Origin: a virus
Lineage: Duplodnaviria > Heunggongvirae > Uroviricota > Caudoviricetes
Virus record (IMG/VR): IMGVR_UViG_2778261499_000013
Span: 1 to 26,747 of that record
Reading direction: 5' to 3' (one strand)
Length of the DNA: 26,747 nucleotides
Shown here: positions 8,266 through 19,509 of the stretch, one piece after another
Layout of the letters: each line of letters opens with the position of its first letter
Numbering within the stretch: the stretch's first letter is position 1
The notes under the pieces: generated by a model
What the model saw: only the letters and a program-made list of their open reading frames with translations
The model's database searches: none
Told to the model about the DNA's origin: nothing
Program-made: the position numbers and the translations under genes

Positions 8266-9677
8266 TCCACCGTAAATTGAATGCCTGATTTTGAGGTATA
8301 TGATCCAACCTGATTCCGTGGTTCTCCTGAAGGTGTCGAATCTTGTGCTGGCGCTGCGTCAGTATTCATTGACATATACCGCTTAACGGCACTCCCCAAT
8401 GATTCACCTTTTTTAACATCCAACCCCAATATCTGACCGCCATTACGCGATTGTCCAGGGTTGCCATTCGCGCTCATCCACTCGGCTTTAAACTCATTAA
8501 ACTGCGCGTTTCGTCGCTCAAGGTTTGCCATAGCATCAAGCCATCTTGCGACCGTCTCAGGGTTATCCATGTCAGTTGGCGCACCCTGTCGAACGATCTC
8601 AACGTCTTTATCCGTTGCTGGGCCGGGAGGTAGGAATTTAAGAACCTGACTGTTAACAAGGGCATTTTGGCGAATGCGCAAATCACGCAATGTCGTATCG
8701 CTTCCGGTAAGTTTTGCGAACATGTTCTGTGCGTTACCGAACAAACCTGTCGTTGGTTTTTCTGCTCTGAACTGTTGAGCAAGCGCACTCATGGAATTGG
8801 CTGAGTTTGATGATGCTGTGGCATTGTTTACAGCCGTCTCGATGCCTTTTTCCATGTTTACTGACAGCTTAGGTGCTTCGCTAATCAACTGCTGAGCCTT
8901 TTCCTGCGCTTGCTGCATCTTAAACCCGAACTCTTGCTGATCCAGAGCCAAGCGTTGTGCTGCGATATTGTGCCCAGTCATTGCTGACTGATAGGAAAGG
9001 TTTTGCCCTCTCGCCTGAAGTGCTTCACCAGCCTGATTGCTGCGGATTGTCTCTGCCAGCCTGCCTCGGTCAATTTCACGACCAGCCATCTTATCCTGAA
9101 CAGCAAACGCCTTTTCTGGTCCAAGCGCACCGAGAGACATAGTAGTCAGCATGTGTGATAGCTGCTCTGGATTCTGGATACCTGTCTGAATCATCCAGTC
9201 AGCATTAGCACCAACGCGATTTAACCTGTCCTTGTTGTCAGTAATGAATTTACTGTAGGCTTCCGGTCCCTGAGAAAGAGCGACGTTAGCCCTCATGGCT
9301 AAATCGCCCATATCGTTGCGTTGCTGCTCATTAAGACCGGAAAACGCCTGTTGTGCCTGTGCAACAAACGCTGGATTTTCCTGGGCAAACTTAAATAGTC
9401 CCGATGGATCACCAGAAGCCCATGCATCAGCGTGAACCTTATTGAACGCACTAATAGCTTTCTGTTGCTGTTCCTGATTGTAAATATCAGCAACTCCAGC
9501 CAGACCACGTAACGCGGTCAGGCCAACGTTATTTGCACCTGAGCGAGCCAGTTCATTGTTTTCGCGGATCAGACCAAGCGTTGCGTTAATATCGCTTGCC
9601 TTTGGTGCATTCTCATTTTGCGTACCGATGCCTGCCAGAAAACCACCAGAATTAATACCCTGTTGCCACGTAGCCAT
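8262..9677 (-). CDS. Ejection protein, P22 gp20-like
   Basis: 471 aa, same length and order as P22 gp20. Confidence 0.8.
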   Translation of the reverse strand: MATWQQGINSGGFLAGIGTQNENAPKASDINATLGLIRENNELARSGANNVGLTALRGLAGVADIYNQEQQQKAISAFNKVHADAWASGDPSGLFKFAQENPAFVAQAQQAFSGLNEQQRNDMGDLAMRANVALSQGPEAYSKFITDNKDRLNRVGANADWMIQTGIQNPEQLSHMLTTMSLGALGPEKAFAVQDKMAGREIDRGRLAETIRSNQAGEALQARGQNLSYQSAMTGHNIAAQRLALDQQEFGFKMQQAQEKAQQLISEAPKLSVNMEKGIETAVNNATASSNSANSMSALAQQFRAEKPTTGLFGNAQNMFAKLTGSDTTLRDLRIRQNALVNSQVLKFLPPGPATDKDVEIVRQGAPTDMDNPETVARWLDAMANLERRNAQFNEFKAEWMSANGNPGQSRNGGQILGLDVKKGESLGSAVKRYMSMNTDAAPAQDSTPSGEPRNQVGSYTSKSGIQFTVE

Positions 9678-9686
9678 GATTACCCC

Positions 9687-10379
9687 TTAAAACAACGAGC
9701 TAAGCAATCCGATACCAGCACCAATGCCAGCGCCCCAAGGTGTTGATGTTCCCAAAAGGCCGGCAAGACCTGCACCGGCAATCGCACCAGACGCACCTCC
9801 GCCAATAGCAGATTGCATTGCTGACGGTCTGTTGGCATTTGCCGCTGCAAGAGCCGCACTTTGCTGCGAAATCTGACTCATGTTGTTGGCATATGTCTGC
9901 CCGGCGTTTGCCTGACCTTGCAGTGCGCCAAGACCAACATTTGCCAGGTTCTGGTAGTTGTTCATCTGACCAGATAGCCATTGCTGACCAAGCGTTGGTG
10001 CGATTGTTGCTAACTGATTACTGGTTGCGGTGGAACCCAATCCACCTGTTGCTTCCGCTGCCGCCAGACTCTGATAGCGAGCCTGACCTGCAAGGTCTTT
10101 ATACTGCTGAGAGTTGTAATACTGGTTAAGCGCCTGACCTTGCCCCTCCAGAGACGATAAGTTCTCGAGGCTGCCGACATACTTATCAGCCAGAGGAGTA
10201 AACGGCTTCAGGTTGTTCATGATGGTGTTGAACTGCTGATTTTGCAGGTCTGCGGCATACTTCTGAGCTTCTGCGGCATACTTTGCACTTTTATCAGAGC
10301 TGCCACCTTTCCCGCCTTTTTCAGGGCAATAAGGTTCCTCGCCGCGCAGTTTTCTGCCCAGCTTAAATGCATATAACAT
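9687..10379 (-). CDS. Ejection protein, P22 gp7-like
   Basis: 230 aa; N-terminus MLYAFKLGRKLRGEEPYCPEKGGKGGSS and Gly/Ala/Gln-rich body typical of P22 gp7 (229 aa). Confidence 0.8.
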   Translation of the reverse strand: MLYAFKLGRKLRGEEPYCPEKGGKGGSSDKSAKYAAEAQKYAADLQNQQFNTIMNNLKPFTPLADKYVGSLENLSSLEGQGQALNQYYNSQQYKDLAGQARYQSLAAAEATGGLGSTATSNQLATIAPTLGQQWLSGQMNNYQNLANVGLGALQGQANAGQTYANNMSQISQQSAALAAANANRPSAMQSAIGGGASGAIAGAGLAGLLGTSTPWGAGIGAGIGLLSSLF

Positions 10380-10381
10380 GG

Positions 10382-10837
10382 CTATCTCCCGTGATTCAGG
10401 AAGTCGATTAGTTCTTCGCGTGTGGCGCTGTAAAAAGTCACGTCATCCACGCCTTTGAAGTATTTCTTGATGGTTCCTACACGATTAAGGCCAATCATTG
10501 CGCAATACATCTGACCGTGGCGGAATTTGCGTGCAGCGAACGATGTGACGCACTGAACGGTGGTGTTAGTCAGAATGTATCGCCAGAACGCCAGCCCGAT
10601 TTCCTTGCTGAATCCACGAACCTCTGGCAGGTACATGGCGTGGCAATCGAATGTCAGCGGCTGAATCTCCTGATAGTAAACAATGCCGCCGAACTGCCCG
10701 TGCACGTTCACCTCAAAGTAACGGCAATCAGGTTTGTAGTCGTATCCATCACCGTTGTTGCTCCCGGCAATAATGTCAGGGTGATTTCCGACTGCTTCTA
10801 TCAGGTCGATGTTTCGCGTTGGTTTGAATGTAATCAT
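10382..10837 (-). CDS. Tail-associated protein, P22 gp14-like
   Basis: 151-aa ORF between gp26 and gp7 homologs, as in P22 gene order 26-14-7-20-16. Confidence 0.7.
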   Translation of the reverse strand: MITFKPTRNIDLIEAVGNHPDIIAGSNNGDGYDYKPDCRYFEVNVHGQFGGIVYYQEIQPLTFDCHAMYLPEVRGFSKEIGLAFWRYILTNTTVQCVTSFAARKFRHGQMYCAMIGLNRVGTIKKYFKGVDDVTFYSATREELIDFLNHGR

Positions 10838-11538
10838 CAGTCAATCAGCCCATGTAATCTAAGTGCTGTTTCAAGCGCCAGAATACGCTGCCGCGCCTGC
10901 TGCAAACCTGTAGCGAGAGCTGCGACTTCGGATTGTGTGTACGTAGTGCCGACCGTGTATGCCTGGTTAGCGTTGAATGCGCCGAGGAGTGCCGTTCCGG
11001 TTGCCGCTGTCCATCCTGTCTGACGAGCACCGATAACCTTGGTTCCGCCGACTGAATAGGATGTTGTTACGTTGAGGGGGGATGCCAGCGATTGTGTTGC
11101 TGTTGCTGTTTTCGATACGTAATCGTCCTGCAATGCAGAAATATTTCCTTCAGCCTCCGTCACTCTACCATCGAGAGCACTGACATCAGCCTGCAAGGTG
11201 ACTATTTCACCTTCAGCCGTGGTTAGTCTGACATCCAGCGACGCGATTGCATTGGTATTTGCAGTAATACGGATTTCATGGTCGTCTACGTCGATGCGGA
11301 GCTGACGAATTCTTTCTTCGTGATCGACCAGAATCACATCCTGCTCATCGTTCCTGACTTGTGCATCATAAGCACCCTGTCCGGCCTCGTTGGCCTTGTT
11401 AGCTACGTTACCAACATCAGTGCCCTGTGCAATAACGTAAAGCAGATACGACTGCGAGAAGATATTGCGTGGAAGTATTGATGTATCGAGCCGCGTCGCC
11501 TGAACAATAACAGGTGTATTGAGATTCGAATCCGCCAT
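10837..11538 (-). CDS. Tail needle protein, P22 gp26-like
   Basis: 233 aa; [43 protein letters not shown]... and C-terminal ...ALRLHGLID closely match P22 gp26 as I recall it. Confidence 0.9.
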   Translation of the reverse strand: MADSNLNTPVIVQATRLDTSILPRNIFSQSYLLYVIAQGTDVGNVANKANEAGQGAYDAQVRNDEQDVILVDHEERIRQLRIDVDDHEIRITANTNAIASLDVRLTTAEGEIVTLQADVSALDGRVTEAEGNISALQDDYVSKTATATQSLASPLNVTTSYSVGGTKVIGARQTGWTAATGTALLGAFNANQAYTVGTTYTQSEVAALATGLQQARQRILALETALRLHGLID

Positions 11539-12956
11539 TACTCAATCCTTATCTGAGCACCAGACAGAGTGACAGGTGACTTCGTGATAACGCGCAATTT
11601 GAAGCCAATGTTTTTCCTGATGCGCCCTACTTTCTTCCACAAAACGCGTTTGTCGTAAACGAACGGTTCATTCTGCTCAATCATCTGCTCACGCCCGTAA
11701 TTGATGCCGTCAGTTGTAGCAGAGAGGAACAGGCGGTCAGCATACTGAGCAACACCCGTCGATGATTCCACCTCCAGATCAAAGCATCTGGCGTTATCTG
11801 CTTTGAAGAGTGGAGTAAACAGCAGGTGTTCTTGCTGTAGCCCATACTGGCTGCTGATATCGAACTGCAATTTCCCGGTCACGGACTCCAGTTTATCGCC
11901 GCACGTTATCTGATTGCCTTCGTAAATGAAGTCGATAGCGCGGTACACATCGTCATACAGGCCTGTTTTCAGTACACACCATTGCGGACCATTGGAGCTT
12001 GAAGATGCGTCGTATACGAGGACATGGCGCGGAAGATGGATAATCAGCAACTCATGCGCATCAAACCGCAACGATTCCATCACGCCATCAGCCAGTTCAT
12101 CAGCAGTGTAGGAGCGGAGGATTTTCTCAATGCTCGCGCTGGCGATTGGTGATACCTGACCGGAGCCGATGATGTATACAGACGGCGCACCAGTTGCCGG
12201 ATTGCTGATGAACGCATAAGAATCAGCGAATGGTGTTTTGCAGTAAGTCCCGGCAATACCTTTCTGCACCATCAGTGATGGCTGTGCGACATACAAAGCG
12301 GCACCAACGGTGGTTGCCCCAGTCAGGGAAAAATATTCAATCGTCGATGAACCAAAGCAGACGATGAAGTCTCGCCATGTTCCGATGCCGATGATACCGT
12401 CAGGCTGCGACTCGGCACGATATTGTGCGCTGTATCGGTCAGGATGTGATTCGTCTTCAAGGTCAGTGATGAACCATGAATCAGTTCCGTCTTTTGACCA
12501 CGCATAACGCCCACGTAAGCGCGTAATGTCGCGGACTGAGCCTAACTCATACTGCGTGAATCCGCTGTCTGTAGGCCAGTTTGAGACTGTTTTAACCGTG
12601 CCATCATAACGATACTCGACCAGTTGACCATTAACGCCTACCGCCTGTGATGTCCGACCATGCGCCATTGATACGCGACCACTTCCGGCAACATCACCGA
12701 CTTCACTTTCGCCCTTATACAGCTTGCCACCACACACGCGATAAACAGCATTCTGCGCCATGTTGTACTCGACGCCTCGCGATACGCCGTTCACATCAGA
12801 ACGTTTGGCAATGCCCGGGAATGAGCGAAGATATCCGCTGCTGTTGAGGATTTCTTTGGGTGTAGCCAACATATTCACTGGCAGATAGTCGATATAGTCG
12901 GCGTTTCGAAAGTCTTTGCCGACACCTTTCATGAGCGGAAGTTGCTGAATCGGCAT
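11538..12956 (-). CDS. Tail hub/head completion protein, P22 gp10-like
   Basis: 472 aa; [49 protein letters not shown]... near-identical to P22 gp10 as I recall it. Confidence 0.92.
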   Translation of the reverse strand: MPIQQLPLMKGVGKDFRNADYIDYLPVNMLATPKEILNSSGYLRSFPGIAKRSDVNGVSRGVEYNMAQNAVYRVCGGKLYKGESEVGDVAGSGRVSMAHGRTSQAVGVNGQLVEYRYDGTVKTVSNWPTDSGFTQYELGSVRDITRLRGRYAWSKDGTDSWFITDLEDESHPDRYSAQYRAESQPDGIIGIGTWRDFIVCFGSSTIEYFSLTGATTVGAALYVAQPSLMVQKGIAGTYCKTPFADSYAFISNPATGAPSVYIIGSGQVSPIASASIEKILRSYTADELADGVMESLRFDAHELLIIHLPRHVLVYDASSSSNGPQWCVLKTGLYDDVYRAIDFIYEGNQITCGDKLESVTGKLQFDISSQYGLQQEHLLFTPLFKADNARCFDLEVESSTGVAQYADRLFLSATTDGINYGREQMIEQNEPFVYDKRVLWKKVGRIRKNIGFKLRVITKSPVTLSGAQIRIE

Positions 12957-12965
12957 TTATTCACC

Positions 12966-13427
12966 TCACGTACTCGGATCATCTTTCTCGATGTAAAACC
13001 GATTCCACGTAAACGCGCTTTTGTTACCACTACCGCGAGGCATATCATTTCGCCGCTCAAGTGGTGGTATTTTGGTTAAAGCGATACAGATTGTTTGATA
13101 TGCACTGTCAGCAGCGGTAAGGAGAGCGTCTGACGGCTGAATGACGTTATCCATGCACACTTGCACAGCGAGTTTCAAAGCGACGCCATCATTTGCCCAT
13201 GCAGGGATACCTGAATCATCGTCAGGTAACGGCATGATGCCGTTTTCTGTATCAGCAAACTGATACCCAAGCTCGATACCTTTCGCCTGCCATGCTGCCA
13301 TCATGTCTTCGAGGTCATTAATGGCATCTTCAATTGCCTGAGGGTCAGCATCTGTCAACGTGGCATTGGAATACAGCCCGGCTTTTCGTAAAGCCTTTAG
13401 AACTAGATCACCCTTCGTTTTCGCCAT
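12966..13427 (-). CDS. Tail accessory/head completion protein, P22 gp4-like
   Basis: 153 aa; MAKTKGDLVLKALRKAGLYSNATLTDADPQAIEDAINDLEDMMAAW resembles the P22 gp4 N-terminus. Confidence 0.85.
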   Translation of the reverse strand: MAKTKGDLVLKALRKAGLYSNATLTDADPQAIEDAINDLEDMMAAWQAKGIELGYQFADTENGIMPLPDDDSGIPAWANDGVALKLAVQVCMDNVIQPSDALLTAADSAYQTICIALTKIPPLERRNDMPRGSGNKSAFTWNRFYIEKDDPST

Positions 13428-13596
13428 CTTCTTCCGCCTTAGCCACTTTTTGCTTCGTTGCGGTTTCTTCAGGAGTTTTTACCCAACCTTTTTTCAGGTG
13501 AGATTTAACTTCTTCGTCATCAACAATGATGTAATCGACAGCAAACTGACCACAGGTGATCATGTTGCCAGGCTTATAGAGCATTGTTCGTGCCAT
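13408..13596 (-). CDS. Small hypothetical protein between coat and gp4
   Basis: 62 aa from the ATG at 13596, preceded by GGGAGAAG; MARTMLYKPGNMITCGQFAVDYIIVDDEEV...; overlaps the gp4 start by 20 nt. Confidence 0.45.
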   Translation of the reverse strand: MARTMLYKPGNMITCGQFAVDYIIVDDEEVKSHLKKGWVKTPEETATKQKVAKAEEDGENEG

Positions 13597-13637
13597 TGTC
13601 TTCTCCCAATAAAAATGGGGCCGAAGCCCCACCAAAA

Positions 13638-14891
13638 TTACTGCCCGGCAATAACGATGCCCGTATATTCAGGAACCAGTACAGAGCAACCGTACAGAGT
13701 GGTGAAACGCGCAGTGGTTACGCCTTTGATGTGGTCGAAGGCGTAAGACATGATCAGCGTGGCGCCCTGCTCGGTGGTTGCCGTCATTACCTGTGGACCC
13801 TGACCAGTTGGGAACGCCAGTTTGCCGTACATCAGTTCAACAGAACCATCAGCCCAGAACAGGTTAGCCGGTGCGGCATTTTTGTTGAGAATGGTGATTG
13901 CTGCGCTACTTGCCGCATTAGCATCAACGTTTGCATATGGACGGCTGGCGACATCCGCGTTGTCAGGCGGCAGAATTTTCGGGGAGATAGTTACTGTCGT
14001 TCCGCTAACTGCCAGAACGCGGAATACCTGCGGCTGCCCGGTGGTATCTTTGGTGATCTGGTGTACGGAATTCACCCCTGCGATGGTAAACGCATCGCCA
14101 ACCTGCAAACCTTCAGCAGATACCGTAATGGTCCCCTGTCGGTTATCCACTGGCATATCGTTAGCATCTTTCGCTTCAACCTTGTGCGCAGGTGCTGCTG
14201 CCAGCGTAATGGAAGTTGCTGTACCCTTCGGAACACGACCAGAAATATCGGTCTTGTAGCTATCAAAGGAAGCAACCGGAGGGATCTGCGCTTTTTCGTA
14301 TGCTGTCAGGGTTGCGCCCTGAGCATAGGCACGGTGACCAAGCTCGCCAGCAAGGTCTTTATAGTTGAAGGGGTTCCAGAAAGAGCGGCGGTTGATACCC
14401 TGTGGTACACCAATCGCCGTCATGGTGGCATCAATACCTGCCGCACAGTTCCACAAATCACGGCCCTGTGAACCAGTGGTTGAGTCAGCCATTGTGATCA
14501 CGTTAGTAGCACGCTGCGTGACCATGGAAATCAGGTCAGAGTCAATCTGTGCAGCAAGGCGCATACCTGCGGCGCGACCAGCTTCAGTTTTATGTTCAGG
14601 GTCACGCATTTCACGCGCATCCAGAGTGTACAGAATGTTTTTCGGCTCCTTGAACACAGAAGGAACAAGGCGCTGAACCAGTGCTGTTGGCGTTTTGCTG
14701 CTGAGATCGAGGCCTTCTTCAATGTTCATGTGGTAATGCTGCGGACGATACAGAACATCACCTGCTCGCTGCATTGCAGTATCACCGGGACGGAATTTTT
14801 TAGCGTTACGGGAAACTACGCAGGCGGCCTCAAAGCCTTCAACGTAGTTTTCGAACATGATTTCAAGGTCTTTTGCTAATTGGTTAGCCAT
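13638..14891 (-). CDS. Major capsid (coat) protein, P22 gp5-like
   Basis: 417 aa; local similarity to P22 coat (NAKKFRPGDTAMQRAG versus AKKYTPPAASMQRSS; FWADGSVEL versus FWADDAIRI); position after scaffold. Confidence 0.85.
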   Translation of the reverse strand: MANQLAKDLEIMFENYVEGFEAACVVSRNAKKFRPGDTAMQRAGDVLYRPQHYHMNIEEGLDLSSKTPTALVQRLVPSVFKEPKNILYTLDAREMRDPEHKTEAGRAAGMRLAAQIDSDLISMVTQRATNVITMADSTTGSQGRDLWNCAAGIDATMTAIGVPQGINRRSFWNPFNYKDLAGELGHRAYAQGATLTAYEKAQIPPVASFDSYKTDISGRVPKGTATSITLAAAPAHKVEAKDANDMPVDNRQGTITVSAEGLQVGDAFTIAGVNSVHQITKDTTGQPQVFRVLAVSGTTVTISPKILPPDNADVASRPYANVDANAASSAAITILNKNAAPANLFWADGSVELMYGKLAFPTGQGPQVMTATTEQGATLIMSYAFDHIKGVTTARFTTLYGCSVLVPEYTGIVIAGQ

Positions 14892-14909
14892 GCTTAATGC
14901 TCCGATAGG

Positions 14910-15803
14910 TTATTTTTTTGCCTTTTTAGCGGCGAAATACGGCGTCCAGTCACCAGTTTCCAGCGCCTTGGCTTTCAGTTTGTCGAGGTTGTTGATTACT
15001 GCGCCGTTGCTCCCCTTAACTGTCGGGGTTGTGGCTGCCGTGGTTTTTGCTTTTGGCATGATTCTGGCCTTCGATTCGATACGTTCCAGCAGACGACCAA
15101 TTGCTACGGGGTTGGTAGCTTCTGCCAGTTGCTTGCGCAGTTCAGCGTTGCGACCAAGCGCCAGAACAACGATTTCCGGCTTCTCTGACTCAAACAGGAT
15201 CGCGTTTTGTGTCTCGATGGGGATTTCCTCGAGTACGGCCTGTTCTGCTTCCTGATAGCCAGGAACCTTGAGAGCCTTAACACGTTGCTGATATTTGGAT
15301 AATCGCTCTTGATAGGCAGCCTGAAGCTCCTGCTCCTTCTGCTTGCGAGCCATCTCCTGTTGCTGGTACTTGCCGTTATCCTCTGCCCACTTAGCCATGC
15401 GTTGCTGGTAGATTTCTTCATCGAAACCGATGTCCTCATCGTCCAGTTTTGGCATTCGCGGTGGTTGAGTGATTACCGGCTGCTGCTCGACGGGTTTCTG
15501 AGACTGACGCATCAGCTCTTTCAGCTCGCGGTCTTTCTCTTTAATCGTCTTGCGCAGGTGTTTTACCAGTCCATGCTCTGCGCCATCTTCGCTGGTTGGC
15601 GAATCCAGCTTTTCGTCACCAAAGTAGAATTCCTGTTCTGATTCGTCGTCATCAGTTTCAGTAGCTTCCTCTGCATCATTGCCGGAGGACTCACTGCCAT
15701 CTTCTGTTTCGACTTCTTCAGCCAGTTCGACATCATCAGGAATCTGCTCTGACGCGTCGGTTTCGATTTCAACTTCTGGTGTGTTTTCTGCCATCTGGTC
15801 CAT
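14910..15803 (-). CDS. Scaffolding protein
   Basis: 297 aa, highly acidic N-terminus (EVEIETDASEQIPDDVELAEEVETEDGSE), helical charged body, basic C-terminus; lies between portal and coat as P22 gp8 does. Confidence 0.75.
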   Translation of the reverse strand: MDQMAENTPEVEIETDASEQIPDDVELAEEVETEDGSESSGNDAEEATETDDDESEQEFYFGDEKLDSPTSEDGAEHGLVKHLRKTIKEKDRELKELMRQSQKPVEQQPVITQPPRMPKLDDEDIGFDEEIYQQRMAKWAEDNGKYQQQEMARKQKEQELQAAYQERLSKYQQRVKALKVPGYQEAEQAVLEEIPIETQNAILFESEKPEIVVLALGRNAELRKQLAEATNPVAIGRLLERIESKARIMPKAKTTAATTPTVKGSNGAVINNLDKLKAKALETGDWTPYFAAKKAKK

Positions 15804-15893
15804 TTGTTACCCCTGTTTACTCGATGTTCAGCCCATCGGAAGGCAATATGGTGCCAGGCCTCATAAAGACAGCCATTGCACGTTATGGGTTAA

Positions 15894-18092
15894 TTACTGC
15901 TGTGGTTGTTGCTGAGTTGATTTTTGCAGGTTGCTGCTGATGTCCATGCGCTGCGCATGACCCTGTGCCTGACTTTTCAGGACAAGCTCTGCATCAGCAC
16001 GGGCATTGTCTCCTTGCTGTTGCTGGAACTGTCCGAGCAGTTTCAGAGCCTCGCGGATATCAGATTTCTGCTGGCTATCGGCAGATGCGAGGATTTTCAC
16101 AACGTTTGCCGCTGCAACCTGAGCATCAGTCTGTGCCTGGAATGCTTTAACCTGAATGGCTGCCTGTTCGTTCTGCGCTTTCTGCAATTCAGCCTGACCT
16201 GCAAGAAGCTGACCTTGCGCAGCAACCATAGCCGGATCCGGCTGACTGGCCTGTTGTTGTTTCGCCTGCTCAACCATTTGCTGCTCTTCTGGCGTTCTCG
16301 GCTTTATAACTCCAGACAGAAGCAACTGATTGCGGTTGTATTCTTTAAGGTCGTCCATCCCTTCGCCGTCCATATTGTCGAGAATCATCGACGATACAAG
16401 GTCGTGCTTCGGCGTTCCTGGTGGGATAAGTGCCAGCATGGAAAGTAACGACTTAACCGTTGCATCACGGCGAGTAGCGAACGACTGACCGACATCGACA
16501 GTCACTTCATAGTTGCCCTGCGAAAGGTCATTAAGCGCGATAACCTGCCCTGTCTGACGGTCAACCACTTCACCAGTCATCAGCGCCACGTCATCGCTGC
16601 CGTCCTCATTAACGATACGCATCGGCGTATCACTGCCATAGACCTCACGCGCCATAGAAAGCCACACAACGCCAGCGCGACGCATGGATTTAGCCATGTT
16701 GTCCATGTAGATATAGGACTGCGTATCCATCCGGTTAAAGATGCTATCAACGGTATCGGTGGCGACGTTGCTCGGCATGTTCTCAAGCTGCGACGCACCT
16801 GTAATTTGCTGAATAGCCGTTCCGGTGTACTGCAATAGCCCGGCAAGAGCTGGAGGCATTTGTGTTGGAGGAGTCCAGCCAGCAACCTGAGCCTCTGAAA
16901 TGACCGTTCCGTTTTTGTCCTTCTTGCTGGTCATGGGAAGAACTGCTGGTCTTTTCTTATTCCTCTCTGCCCAGTGATTCATTAATGGACCGGGAATGAA
17001 ATCAACATCCACGATAGGAATGCCATCACCGCCAGCCTGAGTAGCGTTATCTGCAATCATGGAAACCATCAGGTTCTCAAGACGCTGTGCATCCATCGCT
17101 TTTGCTGCGTGGCCTTCGATTCGCTCCTGATTATCAACAAATGAACGACGCCCATATACCGGGATGAGAGGAATATGTTCGCCCGGAATACGCTTAGGTT
17201 CTTCCAGCCATTCAGCGCCAGACAGAAGACCGCAATAAACTCTGCGTTTCTTCACCGTCCGCTCACCGATCAGTTCGAATGCACCATCGGTCAGTTCGTC
17301 GACAATATCTTTGATTTGCTCTTCATCATAGATTGCCGTTTCTCCGCTAACAGGGTTGCGCCACGCCGTGAGCTTCACCTTCTCTATGCGAACTTCGTAG
17401 TAGCGTCCAACATAGATGGCATCGGGCGTTGACCAGTCATACTGAGTGCCAGTGCCATCACGAGAAAGGCTTGCCGCGATGGAATCAGGGTATTCAGCCT
17501 CGAACGCTTTAGGCGTCATGGAGAACATTTCCATAGCCCACATAGCATCAGAGCGGTCATATTGCTTGCTGTCCTGATCGAAGAAAACGCATGTCGCTGG
17601 GTCGTAAACAGGAAGAAGGCTGATGCGGCGCTGCTCGTTACTCGGATCCATTTCATCTTCGTAATCGGCACACATGCGGAAACAACCGAATCCGCCCGTT
17701 ACAGCATCATCAAATGCGTTATCACACGCTTCACCACCGGATGTTTCCTGATAGTCAGCGCGGAATTTGCCGTTCATCTTTTCGGCTAACGCTTCCGATG
17801 CCTTGTCATCCTTCGGCCTGAATTTAACGCTGATGCGATTCTGTCGATACTCGCCAATGATGCGATCACATTCACGGGCAATCTTATTCAGTTCAAAACG
17901 CGGGTAATGCTCAAACCTGCCCTCATCAAACGAGTAACCAGCGTTTGTGCTACCTTCCCACTGTGCGCCGGACACCCTGACGAAACGTTGAGCCTCAATA
18001 ATCTGCTCACGCATATCCTGCGTTGCTGACCAGGCATTATCAAAGTTGCACAGCACCTTGCGATGCCAGTCAGCCATCTTTTTTTCTGCCAT
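15894..18092 (-). CDS. Portal protein, P22 gp1-like
   Basis: 732 aa immediately downstream of large terminase; Gln-rich helical C-terminal tail as in the P22 portal barrel. Confidence 0.9.
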   Translation of the reverse strand: MAEKKMADWHRKVLCNFDNAWSATQDMREQIIEAQRFVRVSGAQWEGSTNAGYSFDEGRFEHYPRFELNKIARECDRIIGEYRQNRISVKFRPKDDKASEALAEKMNGKFRADYQETSGGEACDNAFDDAVTGGFGCFRMCADYEDEMDPSNEQRRISLLPVYDPATCVFFDQDSKQYDRSDAMWAMEMFSMTPKAFEAEYPDSIAASLSRDGTGTQYDWSTPDAIYVGRYYEVRIEKVKLTAWRNPVSGETAIYDEEQIKDIVDELTDGAFELIGERTVKKRRVYCGLLSGAEWLEEPKRIPGEHIPLIPVYGRRSFVDNQERIEGHAAKAMDAQRLENLMVSMIADNATQAGGDGIPIVDVDFIPGPLMNHWAERNKKRPAVLPMTSKKDKNGTVISEAQVAGWTPPTQMPPALAGLLQYTGTAIQQITGASQLENMPSNVATDTVDSIFNRMDTQSYIYMDNMAKSMRRAGVVWLSMAREVYGSDTPMRIVNEDGSDDVALMTGEVVDRQTGQVIALNDLSQGNYEVTVDVGQSFATRRDATVKSLLSMLALIPPGTPKHDLVSSMILDNMDGEGMDDLKEYNRNQLLLSGVIKPRTPEEQQMVEQAKQQQASQPDPAMVAAQGQLLAGQAELQKAQNEQAAIQVKAFQAQTDAQVAAANVVKILASADSQQKSDIREALKLLGQFQQQQGDNARADAELVLKSQAQGHAQRMDISSNLQKSTQQQPQQ

Positions 18093-18093
18093 A

Positions 18094-19509
18094 TCAACCT
18101 ACACCACAAGGAATTGAGTAACTGGAATAGTCGGGTTGCGCAGCCGACTCCGGGCAATGCATACACATCATCAGCGCATCAGCCAGGTTAGGAGATGGAA
18201 TACCGAGCTTCTGCTTCATTTCGACCTTAGTCATTAGCTCCAGCTTCCCGTTGTTATTGAATTTGCGCTGAATCTGCGTCAGTTCTGCAAACAGCTTCTC
18301 CAGCATCTTCTCGCCTATCGCTTCTTTGTCGAAACTCAGCATGTCGTCTGGGTCTGCATACTCACCGTAGACAACCGCCCGATATGTCAGATACAGCCTG
18401 TCAGCCAGCGCGTAATAGAATTGCGCTCGCTTATTGCGGAACACATCGCCAATAGTGCGAACGTTGTCACCCTGTACGACTTCATCAGCCCATGCTCCGG
18501 CCTGATACGGTGCATCTTCATCGAATGGCGATTCGCTGCCCTTGAACATCGTGGCGGTTATTTTCTTGCCGGAGAACGCTTCCGTTGTCTGTCTGCGTAG
18601 CCCGGCACCAACACCATCACCATCCCACAGGTAGTGGTCAGCGCCGTCTTCAATCGCCAGAGAAGTAGCCCAGTCAGCGCCCTCGTTGATGTCCATCAGC
18701 AGACCTTCGGCAATGCGCTTAACTACCGAACCGTGACGCGATGCATAACCTTTGGCATCCGGCCCTGTATCTGATGGGTCATGCGCAGAAACAACCGCGC
18801 CTTTCGCTTTCCATCCGAGTTTCTTGTGCGCATCGGTTGCAGCTTCAAGCCATTCACGTTTGATGATTGCCATATCACTTGCGCTTACCGGCTCACCCAG
18901 CCAGATGTGACGATACAGTGTCGGATTTCTGCGTTTACACTCTTCCATCTCCAGACGGAGAACTTCAGGAAAGTGCGGGTTGTCGGTGTAGTTCACCGTC
19001 AGCAGGCAAATATCATCGGGAGGATTTACAACGAATCGCTGATAGGTATCGTCGAGGATGTTTTTCGGGTTAAAGCTCACCCATATTTCAGAGAACGGCT
19101 TACGGATGGTTGGTATCAGGATATCCCATGATTCCTTCGTTACCGCTTCCGCTTCCTCCACCCAGCAGATATCAATACCTTCTAGCGATTTAATCTTCGT
19201 CGGGTTGTTTTTTATGCCGTAGAACATGAATTCAGCATTCGTTCCGAGATGACGAATCATTGAACGCTGAATTTCAAACTCAGCCGAATATCCTTCACGC
19301 TCGATGGTGTCTTCAAGCAGCCGGATCACCGAATCGCTGATACTGTTTTGCAGTTCACGAGCGCAGAGAATACGCACTGGCTGCCGACGCGCCGCTTCAA
19401 CAAGCAGCCTCGCAATTGCCCATGACTTACCGCTACCTCGACCGCCTTTGGCGACTTTGTAGCGATGCGCCTCAATGAACGGTTCAAAGATAGGATTAAT
19501 CGAGGTCAT
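18094..19509 (-). CDS. Terminase large subunit
   Basis: 471 aa; Walker A GGRGSGKSWA near the N-terminus; size matches Sf6 gp2 (470 aa). Confidence 0.9.
   Translation of the reverse strand: MTSINPIFEPFIEAHRYKVAKGGRGSGKSWAIARLLVEAARRQPVRILCARELQNSISDSVIRLLEDTIEREGYSAEFEIQRSMIRHLGTNAEFMFYGIKNNPTKIKSLEGIDICWVEEAEAVTKESWDILIPTIRKPFSEIWVSFNPKNILDDTYQRFVVNPPDDICLLTVNYTDNPHFPEVLRLEMEECKRRNPTLYRHIWLGEPVSASDMAIIKREWLEAATDAHKKLGWKAKGAVVSAHDPSDTGPDAKGYASRHGSVVKRIAEGLLMDINEGADWATSLAIEDGADHYLWDGDGVGAGLRRQTTEAFSGKKITATMFKGSESPFDEDAPYQAGAWADEVVQGDNVRTIGDVFRNKRAQFYYALADRLYLTYRAVVYGEYADPDDMLSFDKEAIGEKMLEKLFAELTQIQRKFNNNGKLELMTKVEMKQKLGIPSPNLADALMMCMHCPESAAQPDYSSYSIPCGVG

Noticed and set aside
10517-11023. 168-aa plus-strand ORF antisense to gp14 and gp26
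   Set aside because: Opposite two well-supported tail genes and spanning their boundary; no ribosome-binding site or recognisable motifs
13584-14471. 295-aa plus-strand ORF antisense to the coat gene, with a nested 145-aa ORF at 13822-14259
   Set aside because: It lies opposite a confidently identified coat gene; the product is Cys/Arg-rich and low-complexity, with no start context I could support. Typical antisense chance ORF
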